A program made the position numbers and the translations under genes. This document shows, one piece after another, positions 1 to 9,251 of a DNA stretch of 51,123 bases. Every line of letters begins with the position of its first letter. Position 1 is the first letter of the stretch. A model generated the notes under the pieces. That model had not been told where the DNA came from, did not search any database, and saw only the letters and a list, made by a program, of their open reading frames with translations. The DNA lies in assembly GCA_001816915.1 (NCBI GenBank), contig MHCL01000023.1:1-51123 (forward strand), given 5' to 3'. Source of the DNA: Candidatus Chisholmbacteria bacterium RIFCSPLOWO2_01_FULL_49_14 (GTDB lineage: Bacteria; Patescibacteriota; Microgenomatia; UBA1400; Chisholmbacteraceae).

Positions 1-102
1 ATCTTACCCGAATGAAGTGTCACCTATGTTTCTCAGCCTGCTCAATTATTTAGCGATGAGGTGTATAAGCTCGAGCATCTGCTGCTGATGAGCATACACA
101 AA

Positions 103-621
103 CTAGATGAGGTACACGGCGATTCCCGGCTGGACCAGGTAAGTTTCGACCCAGCTGTCGGTGGTTATCCGCAGAGCCTGAAGCGGAGGAAAGCCGATTT
201 CAAAGGGCAAGGGGAAGAAGAGCGGCAGCCCCTCTTTGGTGATGCCGTCGGCGAGCAAATGCGAGATATGGCCGATCATGACGGAAAAAAAGACGACCTG
301 CGGATCAACAACACCGGCGTTCACGATCTTGGGCAGGAGCCATTGCAAACCGTGATAGATGAGGAACAACCCGAGGAGGGAATGGGTAATCGTCCGGTGT
401 TTATAGAACATTCTCCTGAACACCCTGCCGAGCGCGTCGCCTCCAGGCAGGAGGTCCCATAAGCGGTTACCGGCCTGGTCCATGTCCGGAATGAGGGCGC
501 CGACGATGTTCCCAACAAGAGAAACAACGAACGTAAAAAGATTCAAAGCAGCGGGAGGGTAGAACGCGGCGACGGTTACCAGCGAGGCAAAGGCGAATTC
601 GTCGTGGGTGCGGGCGGTCAC
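103..621 (-). CDS. YdjM/DUF457-like membrane-bound metal-dependent hydrolase
   Basis: Hydrophobic ORF with an N-terminal T-A-R-T-H motif and internal HRTITHS and GHISHLLAD histidine motifs typical of DUF457. I prefer the GTG start at 621, just after the secA stop. The track start at 654 overlaps secA. Confidence 0.6.
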   Translation of the reverse strand: MTARTHDEFAFASLVTVAAFYPPAALNLFTFVVSLVGNIVGALIPDMDQAGNRLWDLLPGGDALGRVFRRMFYKHRTITHSLLGLFLIYHGLQWLLPKIVNAGVVDPQVVFFSVMIGHISHLLADGITKEGLPLFFPLPFEIGFPPLQALRITTDSWVETYLVQPGIAVYLI

Positions 622-623
622 TT

Positions 624-3554
624 CTAATTCGGAGGCATTTGCGGATAATGGCACTTCTTAAATTTCTTACCGGAGCCGCACCAGCATGGGTCGTTGCGGC
701 CGATTTTCCTTTTTTTCCCCACCGGCTGGGAGCCTGACGTCGGACGATTGGTCCTCATCGAGGAAGTTGACGGACCAAGACTGGCAAACGCCGAGGCGAA
801 ATCATCCGCGCCTTCTTTTACCGGTTTACCCTTTTGTGGAGGAGGAACTTGGGCTTGTTTCGCGTCTGCAACAGGCACCTCCGGCTCCTCGGCCTGCGGT
901 TTTTCGGCTTTGGCTTCGGGGGGAACCGCCTGCTGTGCGACCGGGCGCAATTGGATCCTGAAGACCGTGCGGGCCACCTCATAACCCGTTTGGGCGATCA
1001 AGCGTTCAAACATACCGAAGGCTTCTTTCTTGTATTCAACGAGCGCCGTCTGCTTGTCCCCCCGCAGTCCAATTCCTTCCCTCAGCTCATCGATGTTGTC
1101 CAAATGGTCCATCCACAGGCGGTCGCTTACCGAAAGGAGGGTGAAGCGTTCAACCTGGCGCATCATGGCGGGCGTCATCTGCGTTTCGCGGTTTTGGTAG
1201 GTTGATTGCACGAGCTCCAATAATTTGGCTTTCACAAGCTGCGGATCGGCTATCGAACGCAGGCTGTCTTTGAGTCGGTTTTGCGAGGCCGAGTCAAAGG
1301 GGACAATCCCTATGAAGTCCTTGAGAATCGCGTCAAGTTCGGTTTCCGTGATCCCCTCGGGAGCGCGCAGCGCAATACTGTTAGCGATTTCCTCATCGAG
1401 AATGCCGATGATGCGTTCCTTCTGCTGAGTAGCATGCTCTTCTTGGCTTTCCTGAAGAATCTTATTTCGGCGCTTGTAGAAGATTTCGCGCTGCTTGTTC
1501 ATGATGTCGTCGTATTCAACGAGCCGTTTGCGGGCATCGAAGTGGAAGCCCTCCACTTTGACTTGGGCTTGTTCGATGGCTTTGGAAACCATGCCCGCCT
1601 CAATCGGCTGGTCTTCGGGGATCTTCAAGGCGGTCATCAGCCGCTGCACCTGTTCACCCCCGAAGATGCGCATGATGTCATCGTCCAACGACACGAAGAA
1701 ACGGGATTGGCCGGGGTCGCCCTGCCTGCCCGAACGTCCGCGCAGCTGATTGTCGATTCTTCTTGACTCGTGGCGCTCGGTTCCCAGGACATAGAGGCCT
1801 CCGAGCCGGACGACTTTTTCATGCTCTGCCCTCCATTTATCCATCGCCTGCTTGTCGCTTTCATCCCCCAACTTCGCGCCTCCTTCGCCGAAGTGGCTAC
1901 GAAGGCGGAGTGAAGCTTCGGCGGGCAAGTCCGGAGGAGATCCTCCCAAGACAATATCAACTCCGCGACCGGCCATGTTGGTGGCGACCGTTACGGCCCC
2001 GACTTTACCCGCATCGGCGAGGATCTGGGCCTCTTTTTCATGCTGTTTGGCATTCAAAACCTGATGGGGAATCTTCTTGCGCTTCAGATACTCGGAAATG
2101 GCTTCGTTATTATCAATCGAGCGGGTGCCCAATAGCACCGGCTGTCCCCGCTCGTAGGCTTTGGTTACTTCGGCAACCACCGCGCCGTACTTGGCGCGCA
2201 TGGTTTTGTAAACGATATCCGGATTATCCTTCCTCACCATCGGCTGGTTCGTCGGGACCACAACCACATCGAGGTTGTAGATTTTTTTGAATTCCTCGGC
2301 TTCGGTGGCGGCGGTGCCCGTCATGCCTGCCAGCTTCTCGTACATCCTGAAGTAGTTCTGCAGTGTGACGGTGGCCAGGGTGCGGGATTCCTGCTGAATT
2401 TTGACGTTTTCCTTGGCTTCTATAGCCTGGTGCAGGCCGTCGGAATAGCGGCGTCCGTACATGAGCCGGCCGGTGTGCTCATCGACGATGATGATCTGTC
2501 CATCCTTGATGACATATTCCTTATCCCGATTAAAGAGGGTCTTGGCTTTGAGGGCTTGCTCGACGTGATGGATCGTCTGGAAGTCCTTTTCATAGAGATT
2601 GTCCACATGGAGGCGGCTTTCAATTTTTTTGATCCCCCGGTCGGTGAGATTGGCCGTCCGGTGCTTTTCATCCACCTCATAGTCGGCATCGGGTGAAAGT
2701 TGGGTGATGAGACCGGCAAATTCATAGTACTTGCTGGTGGGTTCGGTATCCGGAGCCGAAATGATGAGGGGCGTGCGCGCTTCATCCACGAGGATCGAGT
2801 CGACTTCATCGACGATGGCAAAGTGGTGTTCGCGCTGGACCTGCTGTTCAAGGTCTCCCGCCATGTTATCGCGCAGATAATCGAAGCCAAATTCGTTATT
2901 GGTGCCGTAAGTAATATCGGCGCTGTAGGCTTCTTTCCTCGAGACCGGACGCAGATGCCTGAGGCGTTCGTCCGTCTGGCCGGCTTCACTGAATTCGGGA
3001 TCAAAAAGGGCGGCCGGCAGTTGGCCTTCGCCCGCATAGATGACCGAGGTGGATATCCCCAAAGCCTGGTAGATCGGGCCCATCCAGCCGCAGTCCCGGC
3101 GGGCAAGATAGTCGTTGACGGTCACCAAATGGACGCCCCGCTGCGACAGGGCATTGAGGTAGAGGGCGCTGGTGGCGGAAAGGGTTTTTCCCTCTCCGGT
3201 TTTTTGTTCGGCGATTTTTCCCTGGTGAAAGACGATCCCCGCCATCAACTGGACGTCGAAATGGCGAAGTCCGGTGGCTCGGCGCGATGCTTCCCTTGCC
3301 GCAGCGAATGCCTCAGGGAGGAGGTCGTTGACCGTTTCTCCACGCTCGAGACGGAGACGAAACTCCACCGTTTTTGCCCTGAGATCTTCATCTGAGAATC
3401 TTTTATATTCCTCTTCGAAGCTGTTGATCGAATTGACGATGGGGGTGAATTTTTTTAATTCCCGTTCGTTGGAGTCCAACAGCTTCCCCAGGAAATTAAA
3501 CAAAGCCATACCGATGTATTGTAACGTACGAGCGTCGGAAAAACCAGGCGTCAA
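624..3554 (-). CDS. secA: Preprotein translocase ATPase SecA
   Basis: 976 aa. Contains MAGIVFHQGKIAEQKTGEGKT (Walker A), the DEVDSILVDEARTPLIIS DEAD motor motif, and a C-terminal zinc-binding tail CWCGSGKKFKKCH. Confidence 0.97.
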   Translation of the reverse strand: MTPGFSDARTLQYIGMALFNFLGKLLDSNERELKKFTPIVNSINSFEEEYKRFSDEDLRAKTVEFRLRLERGETVNDLLPEAFAAAREASRRATGLRHFDVQLMAGIVFHQGKIAEQKTGEGKTLSATSALYLNALSQRGVHLVTVNDYLARRDCGWMGPIYQALGISTSVIYAGEGQLPAALFDPEFSEAGQTDERLRHLRPVSRKEAYSADITYGTNNEFGFDYLRDNMAGDLEQQVQREHHFAIVDEVDSILVDEARTPLIISAPDTEPTSKYYEFAGLITQLSPDADYEVDEKHRTANLTDRGIKKIESRLHVDNLYEKDFQTIHHVEQALKAKTLFNRDKEYVIKDGQIIIVDEHTGRLMYGRRYSDGLHQAIEAKENVKIQQESRTLATVTLQNYFRMYEKLAGMTGTAATEAEEFKKIYNLDVVVVPTNQPMVRKDNPDIVYKTMRAKYGAVVAEVTKAYERGQPVLLGTRSIDNNEAISEYLKRKKIPHQVLNAKQHEKEAQILADAGKVGAVTVATNMAGRGVDIVLGGSPPDLPAEASLRLRSHFGEGGAKLGDESDKQAMDKWRAEHEKVVRLGGLYVLGTERHESRRIDNQLRGRSGRQGDPGQSRFFVSLDDDIMRIFGGEQVQRLMTALKIPEDQPIEAGMVSKAIEQAQVKVEGFHFDARKRLVEYDDIMNKQREIFYKRRNKILQESQEEHATQQKERIIGILDEEIANSIALRAPEGITETELDAILKDFIGIVPFDSASQNRLKDSLRSIADPQLVKAKLLELVQSTYQNRETQMTPAMMRQVERFTLLSVSDRLWMDHLDNIDELREGIGLRGDKQTALVEYKKEAFGMFERLIAQTGYEVARTVFRIQLRPVAQQAVPPEAKAEKPQAEEPEVPVADAKQAQVPPPQKGKPVKEGADDFASAFASLGPSTSSMRTNRPTSGSQPVGKKRKIGRNDPCWCGSGKKFKKCHYPQMPPN

Positions 3555-3558
3555 TCAA

Positions 3559-4218
3559 CTACTTGGATGCTCGTTTCCCTACTGAAAAGATCGCATTGGC
3601 CGGGGATGGCAGCCTCTCGACCTGTGCAAATGCTTCTTCCAGCGCCCTTTTCATGCCCGCAGGGCCGAGAGGATCGCCGGACCTGATCAGATAATTAAAC
3701 AGCGCCAAACCGTTCGTTTTGAGCAGGCGATTAATTGCCTTGAGAAAATCAGGCTCCCTCACCTGCGGCGCTGCCGTACCACCCAGATAAAGGTCCACCA
3801 GGATGAGATCAAAAAGCGGTTGCTTTTTCTCAATTGCTCTTTTCTTGAGCCAAGCAATGGCATCAGACTGAATAATCCTGAGGTTTGCAATCTGATCCAG
3901 ATGAAGATACGTTTTTCCCAGCTTGATCATCAGCGGATCAAGTTCGATTCCTGTTAGCTTTGCATCTTTCCATAAGGCAGCGCTGATTCCGGCAGACGAA
4001 CCGGCTCCGAGACCCAGAATGAGAATACGGGGTTTTACCAATCTTTCCGTCTTTTTTATCCCGACAAGCACCGACTTCCAAATACTTTCTACCAGACCTC
4101 CGCTCTGCGTATATCCACCGGCATTGATCGACCATTTGCCGAAAAGTTTGATCACCGAGATGGTTCCGTTGATCTTTGAGATTCGTGTTTCGACGGTTTT
4201 GGGGAAGAAGAACATCAT
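3559..4218 (-). CDS. Class I SAM-dependent methyltransferase, spermidine synthase-like fold
   Basis: ILILGLGAGSSAG glycine-rich SAM loop followed by GIELDP and DLILVDLY motifs. Confidence 0.6.
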   Translation of the reverse strand: MMFFFPKTVETRISKINGTISVIKLFGKWSINAGGYTQSGGLVESIWKSVLVGIKKTERLVKPRILILGLGAGSSAGISAALWKDAKLTGIELDPLMIKLGKTYLHLDQIANLRIIQSDAIAWLKKRAIEKKQPLFDLILVDLYLGGTAAPQVREPDFLKAINRLLKTNGLALFNYLIRSGDPLGPAGMKRALEEAFAQVERLPSPANAIFSVGKRASK

Positions 4219-4321
4219 ACAAATGAAAAGTTTAAAGTTAAAAATTTAAAATTGAAATTTCAAGTTAAAAATTTTATTCATTTTGAATTGCAATTTTACA
4301 TTCTTCATTTGACATCCTAAA

Positions 4322-5380
4322 TTACTCGATCTTGTTCTCCAGTTCCTTGAGAATTTTTTGGCGAAGGGCGTTCCATTCATCGATTCTCGGCTTGATCAAT
4401 GATTCGCTGACGTATACTCCGGGCTTTTGCTCCCGATCGAAACCCAAGTTTAAGAGCGTCGCCGCTGCCAGGTCCCGATCAATAATTGAGGGTGCGCCGA
4501 TGACAACCACAATCAATTGCGTTTCATCGCGGGTCGCGGTGACGATTGTGCTGTGCTTGGCTTCCTCTGTGTAGCCGATCTTCAAACCGTCAACCCCCGG
4601 GTAGGTTCCGAGGAGCGCATTCCAATTCGGAAGATGATAGAACCCATGACGCGGAGATTTGTCTATCGTTGCATAGATCGTTCCCGCTGATTTGCGGATC
4701 AACGGATAGTTCCCATAGGCGAAGTGCGCGAGTCGCGTTAAGTCGTAGGCGTTCGAATACTGGCCGGGATCATCGAAGCCCTGCGTATTGGTAAAATGCG
4801 TGTCACCCAGTCCCAAGGCATCGCTTTTTTTATTCATGAGAGCAACGAAGATTTGTTCGTTCCCGTTGTATCGGTGGAGCACTTCTTCTCCTATGATGGT
4901 CGCCGCGTCATTGGCGGAAGTGGCGATCATCGCCGGGATCAGTTCTGCAAGCGTGAATACCTCACCCACCTGGACACCCAAAACAGTGGGTTCTTGGGTG
5001 GCAGCCCGTCCGGACGCGATGAGTTGTGAAGACGGCGATGCGACGTCGAGTGAAACCATGGCAGTCATGAGTTTCGTGAGCGATGCAGGTGAGACGCGCC
5101 GGGTGGCGTTGAACGCCGAATAAACTTCTCCCGTCTTCGCATTGACCACCAGATATGCCGAGAGATCTGTGAGTTTCGGATCATCCACCGGCTGAAACGT
5201 ACCCTGCCGCAAGAGCGGGTGAAAGAGCGACGAATCGCTGACGAAGAGACTCGGGATCAAGATACGCAGAGACTCTTCCATCTGATCTTCGTCTGTCAAT
5301 TTCGGATGCAGGAGAAAGAGGGTAATGAGCAGGACAAAGATAAAGGCGAGCTTGCGCAAGATTGTTCTATTGAAAGCCAT
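4322..5380 (-). CDS. D-alanyl-D-alanine carboxypeptidase (serine peptidase S11, PBP5-like)
   Basis: N-terminal TM/signal segment, SxxK motif (SPASLTKLMT), SAND (SxN-like) and KIGYT (KTG-like) motifs. Confidence 0.8.
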   Translation of the reverse strand: MAFNRTILRKLAFIFVLLITLFLLHPKLTDEDQMEESLRILIPSLFVSDSSLFHPLLRQGTFQPVDDPKLTDLSAYLVVNAKTGEVYSAFNATRRVSPASLTKLMTAMVSLDVASPSSQLIASGRAATQEPTVLGVQVGEVFTLAELIPAMIATSANDAATIIGEEVLHRYNGNEQIFVALMNKKSDALGLGDTHFTNTQGFDDPGQYSNAYDLTRLAHFAYGNYPLIRKSAGTIYATIDKSPRHGFYHLPNWNALLGTYPGVDGLKIGYTEEAKHSTIVTATRDETQLIVVVIGAPSIIDRDLAAATLLNLGFDREQKPGVYVSESLIKPRIDEWNALRQKILKELENKIE

Positions 5381-5514
5381 TACCGACTGATTGTAGCAAA
5401 TGAAGGGAAAAAGGAAGAAATTATTCTAAGGGGATATTTTCGGAAAAACATCCTGATGATGCAGGTCAGTTACTGGGATTCCACAAATGAATCCTATAAA
5501 TCATGCTTTATTAG

Positions 5515-6780
5515 CTACTTGTTCTTGGGGGTGAGTTTGTCTTTTCCGACGTAGCCGCGAAGCAGGCTGGGAACGATGATTGAACCGTCCTTTTGCTGGT
5601 AGTTTTCCAGAATCGCGCCCAGCACGCGGGGAGTAGCGATGACCGTGTTATTCAAGGTATAGACGAATTTGGTTTCCCCCTGATGGGTGCGGTAGCGCAT
5701 GTTCAAACGCCGGGATTGGAAATCGTAAAAGAAGCTGTCCGAGTGGGTTTCGCGATATTTGTTCTGCGCAGGAAACCAAGTTTCGATGTCATACTTTTTC
5801 ACTTGTCCGGCTCCCATGTCGCCGGTACACATCAGCACCACCTGATACGGCAGTTCGAGTTCGCGCAGGATATCTTCGGAAAAAGAGAGCATTTTTTCAT
5901 GCCAGCTTTCGCTCTCCTGCCTGTCCGCGGCATGCAGGACAACCTGTTCGACTTTGTTGAATTGATGCAGGCGGAATATCCCCCTGGTGTCCTTCCCGTA
6001 CGAGCCGACTTCCCGCCTGAAACAGGGAGAGATGCCGACCAGCTTTACCGGCAGATCCTCCTCGTTGAAGGTTTCGTTCGCGTGATATGCAGTCAGTGAT
6101 ACCTCGGCCGTGCCGATAAGCTTCTTGCCGTCCTGGGTTGAGTAATGGTCCTCGATCCCCCAGGGAAAGTAGCCGGTTCCGTAGAGCGCTTCGTCATTGA
6201 CGAGCCAGGGGACCGTCATCGGCGTAAAGCCCTGCTTCACCATATATTTGAGCGAAAAGTCCAGAAGTCCCATCTCCATGAGCACCAGCTCGTTTTTGGT
6301 GAAGAAACTCCGGAAGCCGGCGATTTTTACGCCTCGATCAAGATCAATGAGATCATGCATTTCCCCCAACGTCACGTGGTCTTTGGGTTCAAAGTTCATG
6401 GATGGCGGCGTTCCCCAGCGTCGGATGACCTGGTTTCCTGACTCATCCAAACCGACCGGAACATCCGGCGCGGGGACGGAGGGAACCTGAAGCATTAATT
6501 CGGAGAAGCCTGCTTCGGTTTTTTTGAGCTGGGGTTCGATATCTTTTAATGTCTTTTTAATCTCTCCCGCCTGCTCTTGCAGTTCTTCTGATTTTTTTAC
6601 CGCCATTTCTTTGGAGATGGCATTTCTTTCCGCCCGCAGCTGTTCGACCTTTGCCCTTAATTCACGGCGTTTGGCATCAAATCGAAGCACCTCGTCGACA
6701 ACTTTGGGGTTGAGGTTCTTGTCGCGGGCGGCTTTTCTGACTGTATCCGCGTGGTCGCGGATAAATTGGATGTCGAGCAT
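5515..6780 (-). CDS. serS: Seryl-tRNA synthetase
   Basis: 421 aa. N-terminal coiled-coil arm (MLDIQFIRD...) and a class II core (FRREVGSYGKDTRGIFRLHQF, TLNNTVIATPR). Confidence 0.95.
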   Translation of the reverse strand: MLDIQFIRDHADTVRKAARDKNLNPKVVDEVLRFDAKRRELRAKVEQLRAERNAISKEMAVKKSEELQEQAGEIKKTLKDIEPQLKKTEAGFSELMLQVPSVPAPDVPVGLDESGNQVIRRWGTPPSMNFEPKDHVTLGEMHDLIDLDRGVKIAGFRSFFTKNELVLMEMGLLDFSLKYMVKQGFTPMTVPWLVNDEALYGTGYFPWGIEDHYSTQDGKKLIGTAEVSLTAYHANETFNEEDLPVKLVGISPCFRREVGSYGKDTRGIFRLHQFNKVEQVVLHAADRQESESWHEKMLSFSEDILRELELPYQVVLMCTGDMGAGQVKKYDIETWFPAQNKYRETHSDSFFYDFQSRRLNMRYRTHQGETKFVYTLNNTVIATPRVLGAILENYQQKDGSIIVPSLLRGYVGKDKLTPKNK

Positions 6781-6904
6781 AGGGATTAGGTTATTAGCTT
6801 ACTAGGTTATTAGCGTATTAGCTTTTTAGTTTATTCGCTTGTTTGGGTTTAGGGATTAGGGATCCTGTCACCTTGATTCTTCCGGATTCTGCCTTTTCTT
6901 TCCT

Positions 6905-7228
6905 TTACTCAGTCTGTTCGTCAGGTATTCGGGTCACGACTTCCCTTGTCCCTCCTCCTCTATCTTCCAGTTTTACTTCTGCTCCGGGCGGAGCTTCAAC
7001 CTGAGCCTTTTCTAATTCCGCTTGGGCTTGCGCATCGGCCTCTGCACCTGTCATTTCTTTCTTTGGTTCGCTGCCCGAGCTTACCATCACCGTTTTATTT
7101 CTTCTGAATATTGAACGTAACTTCTGTAAAATACTCGGTTTTGGCTCTTCTTTCAGGGTTTCTGCTCTCCAATCTGAGAGCGAGTCGGTACCTCCGACTT
7201 TTGGTACTTCATTACCTTGATCGTCCAT
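6905..7228 (-). CDS. Hypothetical charged, low-complexity protein
   Basis: 107-aa ORF preceded by a strong SD (AAGGAGGTGAGGAGAA then ATG on the minus strand). No recognisable domain. Confidence 0.5.
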   Translation of the reverse strand: MDDQGNEVPKVGGTDSLSDWRAETLKEEPKPSILQKLRSIFRRNKTVMVSSGSEPKKEMTGAEADAQAQAELEKAQVEAPPGAEVKLEDRGGGTREVVTRIPDEQTE

Positions 7229-7269
7229 TTCTCCTCACCTCCTTTTTTCTTGCTTCTCTCGTTCCTTGA

Positions 7270-7746
7270 CTATTGTAACAGCTTGTTCGATTTTATGATC
7301 TTGTCCGCCGCTTCGATGAATTCATCCGTAAGGGGTAAGACCTTGAGCTTCTTGACCTCCTGCGGATACCACCAATGAAAGGCGGAAGTTTCTTTTTCCG
7401 GGTCGTTGTCGAGCGAGATCTTTTGGTTCCCGATGTCTACGAGGTAACAGAGCAATGTCAGGTGAACGTCGACATTAAGATCGATATGTTTTCCTTTTTT
7501 ATAGACAATCGATCTGACAATCGGGTAGGGAAAGAGAATCTTTGCCGTGACGCCAAGTTCTTCGCGCATTTCCCGAGTGAGGGCCTGTTCCGGCGATTCT
7601 CCGAATTCGATTTCTCCACCGGCAAGCTGCCATTTCCCGTCCCAGAACTTCCTTCCCGGAGCACGCCTCTGCGTCAGAAGCAACTGGCCTTTGCGGTTGA
7701 TGGGAAGGGCCAACACGCCGGTGATCCTTGTTTGAGATCTGGACAT
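7270..7746 (-). CDS. NUDIX hydrolase
   Basis: Nudix box GGEIEFGESPEQALTREMREELGV. I chose the start at the MSRSQ Met (ATG at 7746) because the longer track ORF would overlap the upstream HD-domain gene. Confidence 0.8.
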   Translation of the reverse strand: MSRSQTRITGVLALPINRKGQLLLTQRRAPGRKFWDGKWQLAGGEIEFGESPEQALTREMREELGVTAKILFPYPIVRSIVYKKGKHIDLNVDVHLTLLCYLVDIGNQKISLDNDPEKETSAFHWWYPQEVKKLKVLPLTDEFIEAADKIIKSNKLLQ

Positions 7747-7774
7747 TATTTGATGGCTAAGGGCTAAGGGAGAA

Positions 7775-8326
7775 TTATAAGCCGAGGTCGGCGGCAATTC
7801 CCTGCATAGCCTGGAATACCGTTTCGATATGGTCCCAGAGATCAACCCCCAGTTTCTGCGCCGCTTTTTCGACCTCCGCTCTCCTGACCCCTTTGGCAAA
7901 TTCTTTGGTTTTCCATTTTTTCTGAAGCGACTGTATTGTCACCTCGGACAGTTTCTTATGTGGATGGACCAACGCCACGGCGACGATAAATCCCGTCACG
8001 TCATCACACGCGTGAAGCGCTTTTCTAATCTTTTTCTCTCTCGGAACGCCGGTATGGTCTGCGTGGGAAAGGATCGTTTGAATCATTTCCTCATCAACGC
8101 CTCTTTCGCGAAGGATCTTTGCTCCTTCCTGCGGGTGCTGTTCGAGCGTCGGGTGAATTTCCCAATCAAAATCATGGAGTAACCCGGCAACGCGCCAGCG
8201 TTCCTCATCCTCGGCGAACTTTCCGGCATAGACGGCCATAGCGGCTTCAACCGCCAACATGTGGCGAACAAGGTTCACGTTCTTCACATACTCACGAACT
8301 ATCGCCAACGCTTCAGCACGATTCAT
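7775..8326 (-). CDS. HD-domain phosphohydrolase
   Basis: HMLAVEA ... LLHDFDWE H..HD signature, plus a downstream SHADHTG histidine motif. Confidence 0.75.
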   Translation of the reverse strand: MNRAEALAIVREYVKNVNLVRHMLAVEAAMAVYAGKFAEDEERWRVAGLLHDFDWEIHPTLEQHPQEGAKILRERGVDEEMIQTILSHADHTGVPREKKIRKALHACDDVTGFIVAVALVHPHKKLSEVTIQSLQKKWKTKEFAKGVRRAEVEKAAQKLGVDLWDHIETVFQAMQGIAADLGL

Positions 8327-8436
8327 ATTTTCTGCATCAGGAATACAAGACTACAAGAATACAGGGAATAGGGTTATTTCTGAGTTTGTTTTTTATCCTA
8401 CTATTCTCTATAGTTTTGTAATCTTATACTCTTGAA

Positions 8437-9213
8437 TTAAATCGGGTTGGGAATGTCGAGAAATTCGACCTCGAGATTCTCTTTGAAGTGGGATTTTATG
8501 CGCTTGCCCAGCTCCTGGACCCCGAAGACTTCGGTCGCGTAGTGGCCGCAGACGAAGTAGTTAATCCCCGATTCCTTCATTTTATTGGGTACGGATTCGG
8601 TGGTTTCTCCACTGATGAAGAGTTCGACCCCCTTTTCTTCCATTTCGGCGATGTGTTCCGGGTAGGGCTTGCCCGCGCCGGAGACAACAGCGATGGTTTT
8701 CACTTGCCGGGGTCCGGAAAAGACCGCAAAGATATCATGTTCAAAAAGTTCACTGCAGCGGCGCGAGAGGCTGTGCACGTCCTGCGCTGTTGCAAAGTCG
8801 GCCGTATAGCCCACATCCTCAAAGAACGGATCCCGGCGCTGCGCCCCAAGATCACGGATAATCACCGCGTTGTTGCCGATTTCCGGGTGGACGTCCAGCG
8901 CAAAATGAAGACCCATGATCGTCAGGTTTTTCTGAAAGATGAGCTTTAACCTTTTCTGGGCATAGGTGGGAATCCTGGATTTGTAGGTGCGCACGTCAAA
9001 ACCATGATGAAAGATGCAAAAGTTTGAGCCATTGTTTACCGCCTCTTTGAGGAAATCTTCATTGAGGCTGACGCCCAACGTTACCCTGTCAACATCTTCC
9101 CCACCCAGAATCTGCACCCCGTTTGCCATCTCATCCCTGTAATGGGCGAACTCCAGCACTTCCTTGCCGATTGTTTCATTAATAAAACGGATGAGTTGGT
9201 CACGCTTGATCAT
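8437..9213 (-). CDS. NIF3-family dinuclear metal-centre protein (GTP cyclohydrolase 1 type 2 homologue)
   Basis: 258 aa. FCIFHHGFD and CGHYATE motifs and length typical of NIF3/YbgI. Confidence 0.8.
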   Translation of the reverse strand: MIKRDQLIRFINETIGKEVLEFAHYRDEMANGVQILGGEDVDRVTLGVSLNEDFLKEAVNNGSNFCIFHHGFDVRTYKSRIPTYAQKRLKLIFQKNLTIMGLHFALDVHPEIGNNAVIIRDLGAQRRDPFFEDVGYTADFATAQDVHSLSRRCSELFEHDIFAVFSGPRQVKTIAVVSGAGKPYPEHIAEMEEKGVELFISGETTESVPNKMKESGINYFVCGHYATEVFGVQELGKRIKSHFKENLEVEFLDIPNPI

Positions 9214-9251
9214 AGGATTAGGGTATAGGGTTTAGGGTATAGGGTTTAGGG

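Noticed and set aside
61-527. ORFs 61-462 (+) and 321-527 (-)
   Set aside because: They overlap the DUF457-like gene, which has recognisable histidine motifs. Neither has an SD or any motif.
686-3395. Many 60-230 aa ORFs on the plus strand, and the 2420-3106 minus-strand ORF, inside secA
   Set aside because: They lie antisense or out of frame within a full-length, motif-complete secA. Their composition (Arg/Pro/Ser-rich) is typical of shadow ORFs in GC-rich DNA.
4219-4321. Very AT-rich spacer with AAGTTAAAAATTT-type words as a possible replication origin or small RNA
   Set aside because: There are no DnaA-box-like repeats or flanking dnaA/dnaN genes. It is most simply a promoter or curved-DNA spacer of the same stutter type as the other spacers.
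7747-7899. N-terminal 51-codon extension of the NUDIX ORF
   Set aside because: It would overlap the 3' end of the HD-domain gene, and its sequence is basic junk. The internal Met gives a normal-length Nudix protein.
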